Below, one piece after another: positions 9,238 through 18,247 of a DNA stretch of 53,325 bases. The stretch spans positions 1-53,325 of the forward strand of contig CAXMOT010000099.1 in assembly GCA_964195105.1 (NCBI GenBank), in the 5' to 3' direction. Below the pieces are notes generated by a model that saw only the letters and a list, made by a program, of their open reading frames with translations, ran no database searches and was not told the origin of the DNA. Positions within the stretch are counted from its first letter, which is position 1, and every line of letters starts with the position of its first letter. Source of the stretch: an uncultured Gemmatimonadales bacterium. GTDB taxonomy: Bacteria; Pseudomonadota; Gammaproteobacteria; Pseudomonadales; IMCC2047. The translations under genes were made by a program, and so were the position numbers.

Positions 9238-9999
9238 GTGGATCTGGCAACCTTAATTGGGCTAGTTGGCTCATTCGGTATCGTAGTGGCGGCAATGGTG
9301 CTGGGCGGCTCCGCACTGATATTTCTCAATGTGCCGTCCTTGTTAATTGTCGTCGGTGGGAGCCTGATGGTCGTGCTGATGAAGTTCAGCCTGGGCCAGT
9401 TTTTGGGTGCTCTTAAGGTGGCGATGAAGGCTTTTATCTTCAAGCTGGATAAATTGGAAGAAATGATCCCCAGTATCGTAGAGCTCGCAGACACGGCGCG
9501 CAAGGGCGGCCTGCTGGCTTTGGAAGGAAAGGAAGTCGGTAACGAATTTCTGCAGGATGGCATCAAATTGCTCGTGGATGGACACGATGGTGCGGTTGTC
9601 CAGGAGGTCATGAGTAAAGACATGAAGCAGGCGGTAGAAAGACACTCCTGGGGCGCCAAGGTGTTCACGGCGCTCGGTGATGTTGCTCCCGCAATGGGTA
9701 TGATCGGAACTCTGGTGGGCCTGGTGCAGATGCTCTCTAATATGGATGATCCCAAATCTATTGGACCGGCGATGGCGGTGGCGCTGCTCACGACGCTCTA
9801 CGGTGCGATGCTGGCTAATATGATTGCCCTGCCGATCGCGGATAAGCTCGATCTGCGTAAAACCGAAGAGGGCCGTCTAAAGAGTATGTGTATCGATGCA
9901 CTCATGGCGATTCAGGCGGGACAGAATCCACGGGTTATCGAGTCCATGTTGAAGGCTTACCTGGCGCCCTCAAAGCGGGCCACCGCACAAGATTCGTAA
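9238..9999 (+). CDS. pomA: Flagellar stator protein, PomA/MotA family (PomA-like)
   Basis: 253 aa, recalled as matching Vibrio PomA along its length (MDLATL.GL.G, GDVAPAMGMIGTLVGLV.MLSNMDDPK.IGPAMAVALLTTLYGA). GTG start. Confidence 0.9.
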   Translation: MDLATLIGLVGSFGIVVAAMVLGGSALIFLNVPSLLIVVGGSLMVVLMKFSLGQFLGALKVAMKAFIFKLDKLEEMIPSIVELADTARKGGLLALEGKEVGNEFLQDGIKLLVDGHDGAVVQEVMSKDMKQAVERHSWGAKVFTALGDVAPAMGMIGTLVGLVQMLSNMDDPKSIGPAMAVALLTTLYGAMLANMIALPIADKLDLRKTEEGRLKSMCIDALMAIQAGQNPRVIESMLKAYLAPSKRATAQDS

Positions 10000-10023
10000 G
10001 CGTCCCGGATTGGTATAGGCGAT

Positions 10024-11031
10024 ATGGCAGAAATAGTAGAAGAGTGCCCGGAATGCGTGCCAGGACTGCCGGCATGGATGGCGACATTCGCAGATTTGAT
10101 GTCGCTATTGATGTGTTTCTTCGTGCTGCTGTTGTCCTTTTCCGAGATGGATGTGCTGAAATACAAGCAGCTCGCAGGTTCCATGCGCAACGCCTTTGGC
10201 GTGCAGAACGAGATCAACGTCAGGGACGTTCCCAAGGGCACCAGCGTCATAGCCCAGGAATTTAGCCCCGGGCGACCGGAGCCCACCCCAATCAACGAAG
10301 TCCGCCAGACCACCACCTCCGTCACTAAAAACACCCTCGACATCCGTATCGATGATACTGGTAGCAGCGACCAGGGAGAGGGTGTTGCCCGGGAAGATCG
10401 CCCGGAAGTAACGACCCCTGATATTGATGCGGCTAAAGCGGAACTGGTGCAAAGGCTCCAGGCCCTGATCAAGGAAACCCAAGCAGATGCGCAGGCGTTG
10501 GCGAGTTCGCTCAAGAAGGAAATCAGTACCGGCAAGATAGATATTGAAACGCGGGGCAGGAAGATAATCCTGCGGGTGCGCGAGCAAGGCTCCTTTCCAT
10601 CGGGATCGGCCCAGCTACGCCGCCAGTTTATTCCTGTTATGGCCCAGGTGCAGGGGGTATTAAAGGATATCCCCGGCAAGATTTCGGTCGAGGGTCACAG
10701 TGATAGCGTGCCCATTGCAACAGCGACCTTTCGTTCCAACTGGGATTTGTCTTCCTCGCGCGCCTTGTCAGTTGCCCATGAGCTATTCAAAGGCAATAAG
10801 CTGGATCACAATCGATTTGTGGTCGCAGGATTTGCCGATACCAAGCCCCTGGTGGCCAATGATACCGAGGATAGCCGGGCGCGCAATCGTCGCGTAGAGA
10901 TTGTGATTCAGCAGGGCCTGGATTCGGAAGCGAGCGACGACCTGAAGAAACTACAGGAAATTGATGCGGGCCTGGTCAGGGATTTAAACCTGAATACCCC
11001 CTTCACCCTGTCACCCGATGAAGTGTTTTAG
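10024..11031 (+). CDS. pomB: Flagellar stator protein, PomB/MotB family with OmpA-like C-terminal domain
   Basis: The plug/TM region FADLMSLLMCFFVLLLSFSEMDVLKYKQLAGSM is PomB-like. The C-terminus carries SNWDLSSSRA and NRRVEIV peptidoglycan-binding motifs. Confidence 0.9.
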   Translation: MAEIVEECPECVPGLPAWMATFADLMSLLMCFFVLLLSFSEMDVLKYKQLAGSMRNAFGVQNEINVRDVPKGTSVIAQEFSPGRPEPTPINEVRQTTTSVTKNTLDIRIDDTGSSDQGEGVAREDRPEVTTPDIDAAKAELVQRLQALIKETQADAQALASSLKKEISTGKIDIETRGRKIILRVREQGSFPSGSAQLRRQFIPVMAQVQGVLKDIPGKISVEGHSDSVPIATATFRSNWDLSSSRALSVAHELFKGNKLDHNRFVVAGFADTKPLVANDTEDSRARNRRVEIVIQQGLDSEASDDLKKLQEIDAGLVRDLNLNTPFTLSPDEVF

Positions 11032-11046
11032 AATGAGGTTGTTGCA

Positions 11047-11625
11047 ATGACGATGGCGGATCGCAGGCGCTACTTTCGCATTAACGATTGGGTGGGCCTG
11101 CACTACTGTGTGCTCGGGAGTAAGGATATTACGCCACGGGATGGAGAAGGTGAGAACCTGCAAATATCAGCAGCGCAAATACTCAGCTCCATCGATAAGG
11201 AGTTTAGCGTCAGCCTTAACTCGCTGTGGCAAAATAATCCTGCGGCGGCGAACACCATCAGTTTGCTAAACAGGAAGATAGAACTGCTTGCCGCTGAGCT
11301 TAATCTTGACGCCGCCCTGCCAACCAATAAAGAGCATCAGTCGGTCAGTGTGAGTATTAGCGCCTGTGGCATTGCCTTTGAGTGTGATGACCAGATCCGT
11401 GCCGGTGAGACGCTGGAATTATTCCTGACTTTGCGCCCTACCAACACCCAGATAAAGCTGATTGGCCAGGTCGTGGCGTGTGAACGTAGCGATGCCGCCA
11501 GCGATAATTTATTCATGTTGCGCGTGAACTTTCAGCGCATGCCAATGGATGTGGAGGAACAACTGATCCAGCATATTGTGAAGCGCCAGTCGGGGCAGTT
11601 GGCGCAACAGCGCAAGCAACCCTAG
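11047..11625 (+). CDS. PilZ-domain protein (putative c-di-GMP receptor) downstream of pomAB
   Basis: An N-terminal RRRYFR (RxxxR) motif is present, and SISACG (a relaxed D/NxSxxG) lies about 100 residues later. 192 aa. Confidence 0.65.
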   Translation: MTMADRRRYFRINDWVGLHYCVLGSKDITPRDGEGENLQISAAQILSSIDKEFSVSLNSLWQNNPAAANTISLLNRKIELLAAELNLDAALPTNKEHQSVSVSISACGIAFECDDQIRAGETLELFLTLRPTNTQIKLIGQVVACERSDAASDNLFMLRVNFQRMPMDVEEQLIQHIVKRQSGQLAQQRKQP

Positions 11626-11797
11626 GGAAGCTCTGCATCCTAAGTTATCAGGTGGCTAGAGTACTAGTCTCCACCAGCGTTCTCCATTATCATTGAGGCC
11701 GGTCAGGGGCCTTTCCTTTATCCCGCGCTTTGGCGGGGCCTCGCTATATCTGGTCGTAGGTTTTGCCCTGCGCGCAATCATAAAGAATTCGGGTTAG

Positions 11798-13609
11798 ATG
11801 GATAATAATAAGCAGTCCGGTTGGGGAGCATATAAACGTCTACTGTCCTATGTCCGGCAATTCTGGCCGGCGCTCCTGCTCAGTATTACTGGCTTCGTAC
11901 TTTATGCCCTGGGGCAGTCGGCATTTGCCGGGCTGATGCAGTTTCTGCCTGCGGCTTTCGATGCGACACCCGAAAAGGCCATCTCTTACCCACTCCTGGA
12001 TGATTATATTTCACTGCAGACCGCGGCGGACTACCGTATCTTTTTCCCGCTCGCGGTTGGGGTAATCATGCTGACACGGGGCGTCGGCTCCTACCTCGGT
12101 GGCTACTACATAGTCTATGTGGCACGTAACGTGGTCAATCGCCTGCGCCAGGACCTGTTCAAGCATATGCTGTCATTGCCCGGTTCATTCTATAACGCCA
12201 CTCGCTCGGGGGACCTGTTGTCCACGATCACCTTTAATGTCGAACAGGTGACGGGCGCGGCGACGGACGCCCTCAAGGTGCTGGTGCGTGAAGGCTTGAC
12301 CGTCGTTGCCCTGCTCAGTTATGTGTTTTACCTGAACTGGAAATTGTCGATGGTGTTTATCTTTATGAGCCCGTTTATCCTGGTGATTGTCGGCGTCGCT
12401 TCCCGGCTGTTCCGTAAATACAGTCGCCGGATCCAGGACTCTATGGGCGGGGTGACCCACGTGTCCTCGGAGGCAATCAAGGGCTTCCAGGTCGTCAAAG
12501 CCTTCGGTGGACGAGACTATGAGACCTCGCGATTCGGCAAGTCCAGTGAATACAACCTGCGGCAAAGCCTGAAATTGGCGCGCGTCGATGAAATCAGCAC
12601 CCCTATCATCCAGCTGCTAACCTTTATGGCTATCGCCCTGTTGTTCTGGTTCGGATTAAGTCCGTCGATAAAGGGAGAAATGGATACCGGCACGTTCCTG
12701 GCATACATTACTGCGGCCAGCCTGCTTGCCAAGCCGCTACGCCAGCTTACCCAGGTCAATTCCAAAATCCAGCGCGGGGTTGCGGCGGCGCAAAGTATCT
12801 TCGAGATCATGGAGACGGCCGCGGAGATCGACCAGGGTTCGGCGGAGATGATAAATCCGCGCGGTTTGATTGAGTTTCGTAACCTCAATTTCCGCTACCC
12901 CGGCGTCGAGGAATCGACCCTCAGCGATATAAATTTGCGCATAAACCCGGGTGAGACGGTCGCGCTGGTGGGGCGCTCGGGTGCGGGTAAATCTACCCTT
13001 GCGAACCTGTTGCCGCGTTTTGTCGATGCGCCCTTGCAACAAATCTTTGTGGATGGCGTTGCGCTGGAAGATTATCGCCTGGCTGACCTGCGCAAGAACA
13101 TCGCCGTCGTTAACCAGCATATTGTGCTGTTCCAGGATAGTGTCGCCGGCAATATTGCCTATGGCGATCTCGCGGATGCATCCGCGGAGGCGATAGAGAA
13201 AGCTGCGACGACGGCCCATGCTACCGAGTTTATCAACACGCTGGCCGAGGGAATGCAGACCCAGATCGGTGAGGATGGCGTCAATTTGTCGGGAGGCCAG
13301 CGCCAGCGTTTGGCCCTGGCCCGGGCAATACTGAAAGATGCGCCGATCCTGATCCTCGACGAGGCCACATCCGCGCTGGATACCGAGTCCGAACGCTACA
13401 TCCAGGACGCCCTTGAGACCGTGATGCAGGGGCGAACGACGCTGGTTATTGCGCATCGCTTGTCCACCATTGAAAAAGCCGACAAGATTGTGGTGATGGA
13501 TAAAGGGCAGATCGTAGAAACCGGCACCCACACCGAATTGTTGGCAAAGGGCGGCGCCTATTCACAGCTTTACCAGCTGCAATTCGGTGGTGCCCATTCG
13601 AGCGACTGA
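11798..13609 (+). CDS. msbA: Lipid A export ABC transporter permease/ATPase MsbA
   Basis: 603 aa with a six-TM N-terminal domain. It has Walker A GRSGAGKST, signature LSGGQRQR and Walker B ILILDEATSALD. Confidence 0.9.
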   Translation: MDNNKQSGWGAYKRLLSYVRQFWPALLLSITGFVLYALGQSAFAGLMQFLPAAFDATPEKAISYPLLDDYISLQTAADYRIFFPLAVGVIMLTRGVGSYLGGYYIVYVARNVVNRLRQDLFKHMLSLPGSFYNATRSGDLLSTITFNVEQVTGAATDALKVLVREGLTVVALLSYVFYLNWKLSMVFIFMSPFILVIVGVASRLFRKYSRRIQDSMGGVTHVSSEAIKGFQVVKAFGGRDYETSRFGKSSEYNLRQSLKLARVDEISTPIIQLLTFMAIALLFWFGLSPSIKGEMDTGTFLAYITAASLLAKPLRQLTQVNSKIQRGVAAAQSIFEIMETAAEIDQGSAEMINPRGLIEFRNLNFRYPGVEESTLSDINLRINPGETVALVGRSGAGKSTLANLLPRFVDAPLQQIFVDGVALEDYRLADLRKNIAVVNQHIVLFQDSVAGNIAYGDLADASAEAIEKAATTAHATEFINTLAEGMQTQIGEDGVNLSGGQRQRLALARAILKDAPILILDEATSALDTESERYIQDALETVMQGRTTLVIAHRLSTIEKADKIVVMDKGQIVETGTHTELLAKGGAYSQLYQLQFGGAHSSD

Positions 13610-13630
13610 AACCAGGTTAGAATACTAGCA

Positions 13631-14806
13631 GTGATTCTGGATTACACCTCGCAATTTCTACTGTCGCTCGGCTGCATCCTGCTGCTGGGTCTCGCGACCG
13701 ATGCGCTGGGTCGCCGCACCTTCCTGCCCCGGGTGACCCTGTTGGTGTTGTTCGGGCTGTTAGTTGGCCCGGAAATTCTTGATCTGGTCCCTTCCTTATT
13801 GACAGACCGCTTTGAATTGATCGCCGACATGGCGTTATTGATGGTGGGTTTCCTGCTCGGTGGCAAACTCACGGGGAGTGCATTGCGCTCTAGCGGTAAA
13901 TCTATGGTGAGCATTTCTGTGGTGGCTGCTTTGGGTGCGACGCTAATCGTCAGCCTGGGGCTTGTGCTACTGGGCTTCGATCTTGAGGTTGCCTTGCTGC
14001 TCGGCTGCATAGCGGCCGCCACTGATGCTGCTGCAACCGTTGATGTAATTACTGAAAGTAAATCACCGGGGCCATTTTCGGATCTTCTGGCCGCAGTTGT
14101 CGCTTTGGACGACGCGTGGGCGCTGATTATATTCAGCGTTGGCCTCGCGTTGGTGAATTATTACCTGAAGATGGATAGTGGCGGATCGGTCTTGCTGCTG
14201 GCGTTATGGGAGATACTCGGTGCGGTGGGGCTGGGCGTGGCACTTGGCCTGCCTGCGGCTTTCCTGACTGGCAGGGTCAAACCGGGGCAGCCGATGCTAA
14301 CCGAAGCATTGGGCGTGGTCTTCCTGTGCGGCGGTCTGGCGCTTTGGCTGGATGTGTCTTTCCTTATAGCGGCCATGGCCCTGGGTGCGACCATCGCCAA
14401 TCTGGCAAGACACCACGAGTATCCTTTTCACGAAGTCGAGAATATCGAGTGGCCGTTTATGGCGGCTTTTTTCCTGCTGGCCGGTGCATCGCTGCAATTT
14501 GAGGCGGTATTCAGTATCGGCGTCCTTGGGGTTGCTTATATTCTACTCAGGGCGCTGGGTAAATTCACTGGTGGATACCTGGGCGCTACGCTCGGCGGCA
14601 CTGCCAGACCCGTGCGGCAATGGGTCGGTGTGGCGTTATTGCCGCAGGCTGGCGTCGCGATCGGCATGGGTTTGGTGGCGGCAAATAAATTCCCTGAACT
14701 GGGCACAAAGTTATTAGCGGTTATTATCGGTACCACCGTATTCTTCGAACTGGTGGGTCCATTGTGCACGCGACTTGCGCTAAACAAGGTCGCCAAGGCA
14801 GACTGA
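13631..14806 (+). CDS. Cation:proton antiporter (Na+/H+ exchanger family, CPA-type, no regulatory domain)
   Basis: 391-aa polytopic membrane protein with sequence typical of the Na_H_exchanger family. GTG start. Confidence 0.75.
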   Translation: MILDYTSQFLLSLGCILLLGLATDALGRRTFLPRVTLLVLFGLLVGPEILDLVPSLLTDRFELIADMALLMVGFLLGGKLTGSALRSSGKSMVSISVVAALGATLIVSLGLVLLGFDLEVALLLGCIAAATDAAATVDVITESKSPGPFSDLLAAVVALDDAWALIIFSVGLALVNYYLKMDSGGSVLLLALWEILGAVGLGVALGLPAAFLTGRVKPGQPMLTEALGVVFLCGGLALWLDVSFLIAAMALGATIANLARHHEYPFHEVENIEWPFMAAFFLLAGASLQFEAVFSIGVLGVAYILLRALGKFTGGYLGATLGGTARPVRQWVGVALLPQAGVAIGMGLVAANKFPELGTKLLAVIIGTTVFFELVGPLCTRLALNKVAKAD

Positions 14807-14862
14807 AATGGTTATACGGCGGAGAAACGCGCATTGCCCATGATTATGATGGCTGGGAATAC

Positions 14863-14895
14863 GAACGCCGGTGATCTAGGCGATCAGCGGCGTTC
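14863..14895. terminator. Stem-loop between convergent genes (possible bidirectional terminator, no U-tract)
   Basis: gaacgccggtgatc / gatcagcggcgttc forms a 14-bp stem with one mismatch around a 5-nt loop. It lies between the antiporter (+) and tolC (-) 3' ends. Confidence 0.4.
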
Positions 14896-14926
14896 GAGAG
14901 TTCCAGTAGCCAGTTGAGAGAGAGGC

Positions 14927-16279
14927 CTAAGGTGCAGCTGGCGTTACAGGTGCTGCCCCAGTGGACTCACGCAGCCATTGATTCAGCTCGATCAAATCGG
15001 CATTGGTAAGCGTGCCGGCTGTTTGCTTGAGCAGTAATTCGTTGAGAATGTAGTCGTAGATGGAGTTTGCATAGTCACTCTCTGACCGGAATACCAGATT
15101 ACGCGCCTGCAACACATCGACGATGTTACGGGTGCCCACCTCATAACCACCCTCTGTTGCTTCCAGCGCGCTCTGGCTGGAGCGTAACGCCAGCTTCTGG
15201 GCGCCAACGCGCAACACGTCACTGCTTACGGTGCGATGCTGAGTCTGGATGTCCTGCTTGACCAGGCGATACTGGCTCTCATAGTTGTCCTTCGCTACAT
15301 TCAGGGAGTGATGCGCCTGGCGCACCCTCGCCCGGGTGCCGCCACCCTGGAACAGGGGAAGGTTGAATTCCAGGCTGTAGTTTTCGAACTCAGCGTCATT
15401 ACCCAAGGCGCTGGCACTGCCAGTCCTGTTGGAATAGGCGGCGACGGCATCTATGGTGGGCAAATGGCCTGACTTCTGGCGTCGGGCTTCCTGTTTCGCC
15501 TCGTCGACCGCAGCCTTTCTGATTTTTAATTCCAGGTTATTATCGAGCGCGCCCTGGATCCAGTCGGCTGACGCCACGGGATCAGGCCGTGTGATGGGCA
15601 TGGCTTTATCGAGTTTATCTACCTTTGCGTAAGATTGGTTGGTGAGGGTTTCGAGCGCGGCGAAGCTATTGTCGCGCTCCTCTTCCTGGGTGATGCGGGT
15701 GACCCTGGCAAGGTCATACGCAGCCTGCGCCTCGTGGACATCGGTAATAGCGATCAGGCCAACGTCAAAGCGTTCCTGGGTTTGCTCCAGCTGGCGTTTG
15801 AACGCGGTTTCCTGGGCGACTGCGGACTCAAGATTGTCCTCTGCCCTGAGGATATTAAAATAGGCGGTCGCCACGCGGATGACAAGTTCCTGCTTGGCTA
15901 TTTCAAAGTTTTTGCGGGCCTGCTCGCTAACCGCTTTTGAGCTTTGCAGTTGGAACCAGCGGTCCGCGCGCAGCAGAGGTTGGACTATGCGTGCGCTATA
16001 ACCATTAGAATTAAATTCTTGGGTAGGATCGTTGTCAAATTGACGTTCATTCCAGGTGGTGTTGGCACTGAGGCTGACATCGGGCAGCAACAACGAGCGT
16101 GACACGTTGTATCCTTCCAGTATTGATTTCATGCTCGATTCGGCGGCTCGAATCTGCGGATCGTCTTCGGCTGCAACCTGGAATATTTCGATCAGGTCGG
16201 CAGCGGGGGCAATGGGAGCAAGCAGGCTAAACATCAGTGGCAGGATTTTCTTCGTGTGATGAAAACTTGAAAGGGTCAT
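14927..16279 (-). CDS. tolC: Outer-membrane efflux channel TolC/OpmH family
   Basis: 450 aa with a signal peptide and two tandem OEP repeats. It occupies the conserved position next to nudF. Confidence 0.9.
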   Translation of the reverse strand: MTLSSFHHTKKILPLMFSLLAPIAPAADLIEIFQVAAEDDPQIRAAESSMKSILEGYNVSRSLLLPDVSLSANTTWNERQFDNDPTQEFNSNGYSARIVQPLLRADRWFQLQSSKAVSEQARKNFEIAKQELVIRVATAYFNILRAEDNLESAVAQETAFKRQLEQTQERFDVGLIAITDVHEAQAAYDLARVTRITQEEERDNSFAALETLTNQSYAKVDKLDKAMPITRPDPVASADWIQGALDNNLELKIRKAAVDEAKQEARRQKSGHLPTIDAVAAYSNRTGSASALGNDAEFENYSLEFNLPLFQGGGTRARVRQAHHSLNVAKDNYESQYRLVKQDIQTQHRTVSSDVLRVGAQKLALRSSQSALEATEGGYEVGTRNIVDVLQARNLVFRSESDYANSIYDYILNELLLKQTAGTLTNADLIELNQWLRESTGAAPVTPAAP

Positions 16280-16491
16280 ACTTCCTCGCTGTTATTGATT
16301 ATTTCCTTGGCGAGATTATAGGGTAGGGGCATAATTCCGCCAAGCGATTATTGCGGTCAGGTCAGGTATTTGGTCCCTGAATCGTTGCTTGGATCCTGCT
16401 AGATGATAAAGCAGGCAGGAAATCGTCTGCACAGGCGGCATCCAGGCAGTGCGGGGATAGTGGTTTAACGCAAATTATATGGATCAGTGAT

Positions 16492-17130
16492 ATGACAGAG
16501 CATGTTGACAAGGGGTTTGACAGCCCGGCATTTTCCGCAGTAGATGTGGAGGTTGTAGAGCGCCGGTCAATGTTCCGGGGTTTTTTTGAGGTAGAGGAAC
16601 TCAGCATCAGGCATCGCCTGTTTGCTGGTGGCTGGAGCGACACCTTTACCCGTGAATTGTTTATCCGGGGGCGTGCGGTGGTGGTATTGCCCTATGATCC
16701 CCGCCGCGATGAGGTGGTGATTATCGAGCAATTCAGGGTTGGCGCATTGACGGATGGTCGGAGTCCCTGGCTACTGGAATTGGTGGCCGGAATCGTCGAG
16801 GAAGGCGAGACAATGGAAGACGTTGCGCACCGGGAGGCACAGGAGGAGGCGGGCTTGGACATCAAGACGCTGGAGCCGGTCTGTGAGTACTGGGTAAGCC
16901 CGGGTGGCACCAATGAAACTATTGCGATTTATTGTGGCTGGGTTGATACTGAGGGTGTTGGCGGCATCCACGGGTTGCCCCATGAAAACGAAGATATTCG
17001 AGTGGAGGTAGTGAGCAGCGAGGTTGCCTTCGCCGCGCTGGAAGATGGCACGATCAATAATGCAGCCAGCATAATTGCGCTACAATGGTTGCAAATGAAC
17101 AGGTCCCGACTTCAACAATTGTGGAATTGA
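16492..17130 (+). CDS. nudF: ADP-ribose pyrophosphatase (Nudix)
   Basis: Nudix box GIVEEGETMEDVAHREAQEEAGL. 212 aa, in the tolC-nudF-DUF1249 order. Confidence 0.9.
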   Translation: MTEHVDKGFDSPAFSAVDVEVVERRSMFRGFFEVEELSIRHRLFAGGWSDTFTRELFIRGRAVVVLPYDPRRDEVVIIEQFRVGALTDGRSPWLLELVAGIVEEGETMEDVAHREAQEEAGLDIKTLEPVCEYWVSPGGTNETIAIYCGWVDTEGVGGIHGLPHENEDIRVEVVSSEVAFAALEDGTINNAASIIALQWLQMNRSRLQQLWN

Positions 17131-17133
17131 ACT

Positions 17134-17589
17134 ATGGGTAAGGCGCGTTACATACCGGACATCAATCGCCTGATGGCGGATTATGAGTCTAACTATGCGC
17201 GCCTGCTGCAGCTGTTGCCAGACAACGATGAAACCTGTGAGCACATCTTTGCCGTCACCTATAGTAATGGCGCCACAGTGCGGGTTTGCCTGGAGGTGGT
17301 GGAGGTCTTCAAGTACACGACCACTGTCAAGTTGTCGCAAGATGACGGCCTGGGGCATTGGCTGGCGAAACCTGCGATGACCGTGCGTTTGTATCATGAC
17401 GCGACGGTGGCCGAGGTTATCCATTATCAAAACATGCGCCAGTTGCGAGCCAGTTATGGCTATCCTAATAGTAAAATGTACCAGAGCGATGAAAAGCAGC
17501 AGCTCAATGCGTATTTGGGCGAGTGGCTAATTCACTGCCTCACCCATGGGCATGTCATTGACGAGACTATATTTGCCGAGACTGTCTAG
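17134..17589 (+). CDS. DUF1249 (YqiB-like) protein
   Basis: 151 aa with N-terminal YIPDINRLMADYESNYARLLQLLP, typical of DUF1249. It is syntenic with nudF and parE. Confidence 0.8.
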   Translation: MGKARYIPDINRLMADYESNYARLLQLLPDNDETCEHIFAVTYSNGATVRVCLEVVEVFKYTTTVKLSQDDGLGHWLAKPAMTVRLYHDATVAEVIHYQNMRQLRASYGYPNSKMYQSDEKQQLNAYLGEWLIHCLTHGHVIDETIFAETV

Positions 17590-17603
17590 AGCCTGGTCAA
17601 GCT

Positions 17604-18245
17604 ATGCCCCCGTCGCAACCTCCCCTGTTGATATACCTGCACGGCTTTAACAGCTCTCCCGCATCGCATAAGGCGCAGGTGCTGCGGAATTATTTTTCAG
17701 CTCGTGACCAATTACAACACTACGAGGTACCGGAGCTCGATCCTGTTCCCGAACGAGCGATGCAGGATCTGGTCCGCCTGTTGGATGCCAGGGTCAATGA
17801 TGCCAGAGTCAATAAAGCCAATATAACGTTGCTCGGAAGCTCGCTTGGGGGATACTATGCTTCCTTTTTGGTGGAACGATTCGGGGTCAGGGTAGTGCTG
17901 GTCAATCCAGCTGTAAATCCCGCCAGCACGCTGGCGTCATGCGTTGGTTATAACGAGAATTATTATACTCGCGAAAAATACGAGTTTACGCAGGAACACC
18001 TGCGGCAATTGGCTCACTATGAGATTGCCGGGATAGCGTATCCGGAAGGTTACCTGGTTTTTTTGCAGACCGGGGATGACACCCTGGATTATCGCGAGGC
18101 AGCAGACAAGTACCGGCATTGTGACCTGCACATAGAGGCGGGCGGCTCGCATGGCTATAGTGGCTTTGAGCGGATAATTCCCCGCATCCTGGCCTTTGCC
18201 GGTATACCGCATTTGCAACCTGAGAGGAGCGCATCGGTTAGTTAA
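17604..18245 (+). CDS. yqiA: YqiA-family esterase (alpha/beta hydrolase)
   Basis: LIYLHGFNSSPASHKA N-terminus and the GSSLGG nucleophile elbow. It lies immediately upstream of parE. Confidence 0.8.
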   Translation: MPPSQPPLLIYLHGFNSSPASHKAQVLRNYFSARDQLQHYEVPELDPVPERAMQDLVRLLDARVNDARVNKANITLLGSSLGGYYASFLVERFGVRVVLVNPAVNPASTLASCVGYNENYYTREKYEFTQEHLRQLAHYEIAGIAYPEGYLVFLQTGDDTLDYREAADKYRHCDLHIEAGGSHGYSGFERIIPRILAFAGIPHLQPERSASVS

Positions 18246-18247
18246 TT

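Noticed and set aside
17134-18245. Absence of cpdA between the DUF1249 gene and yqiA, relative to the E. coli/Pseudomonas order.
   Set aside because: This is a simple gene-order variation with no remnant or scar sequence visible in the 14-bp spacer.
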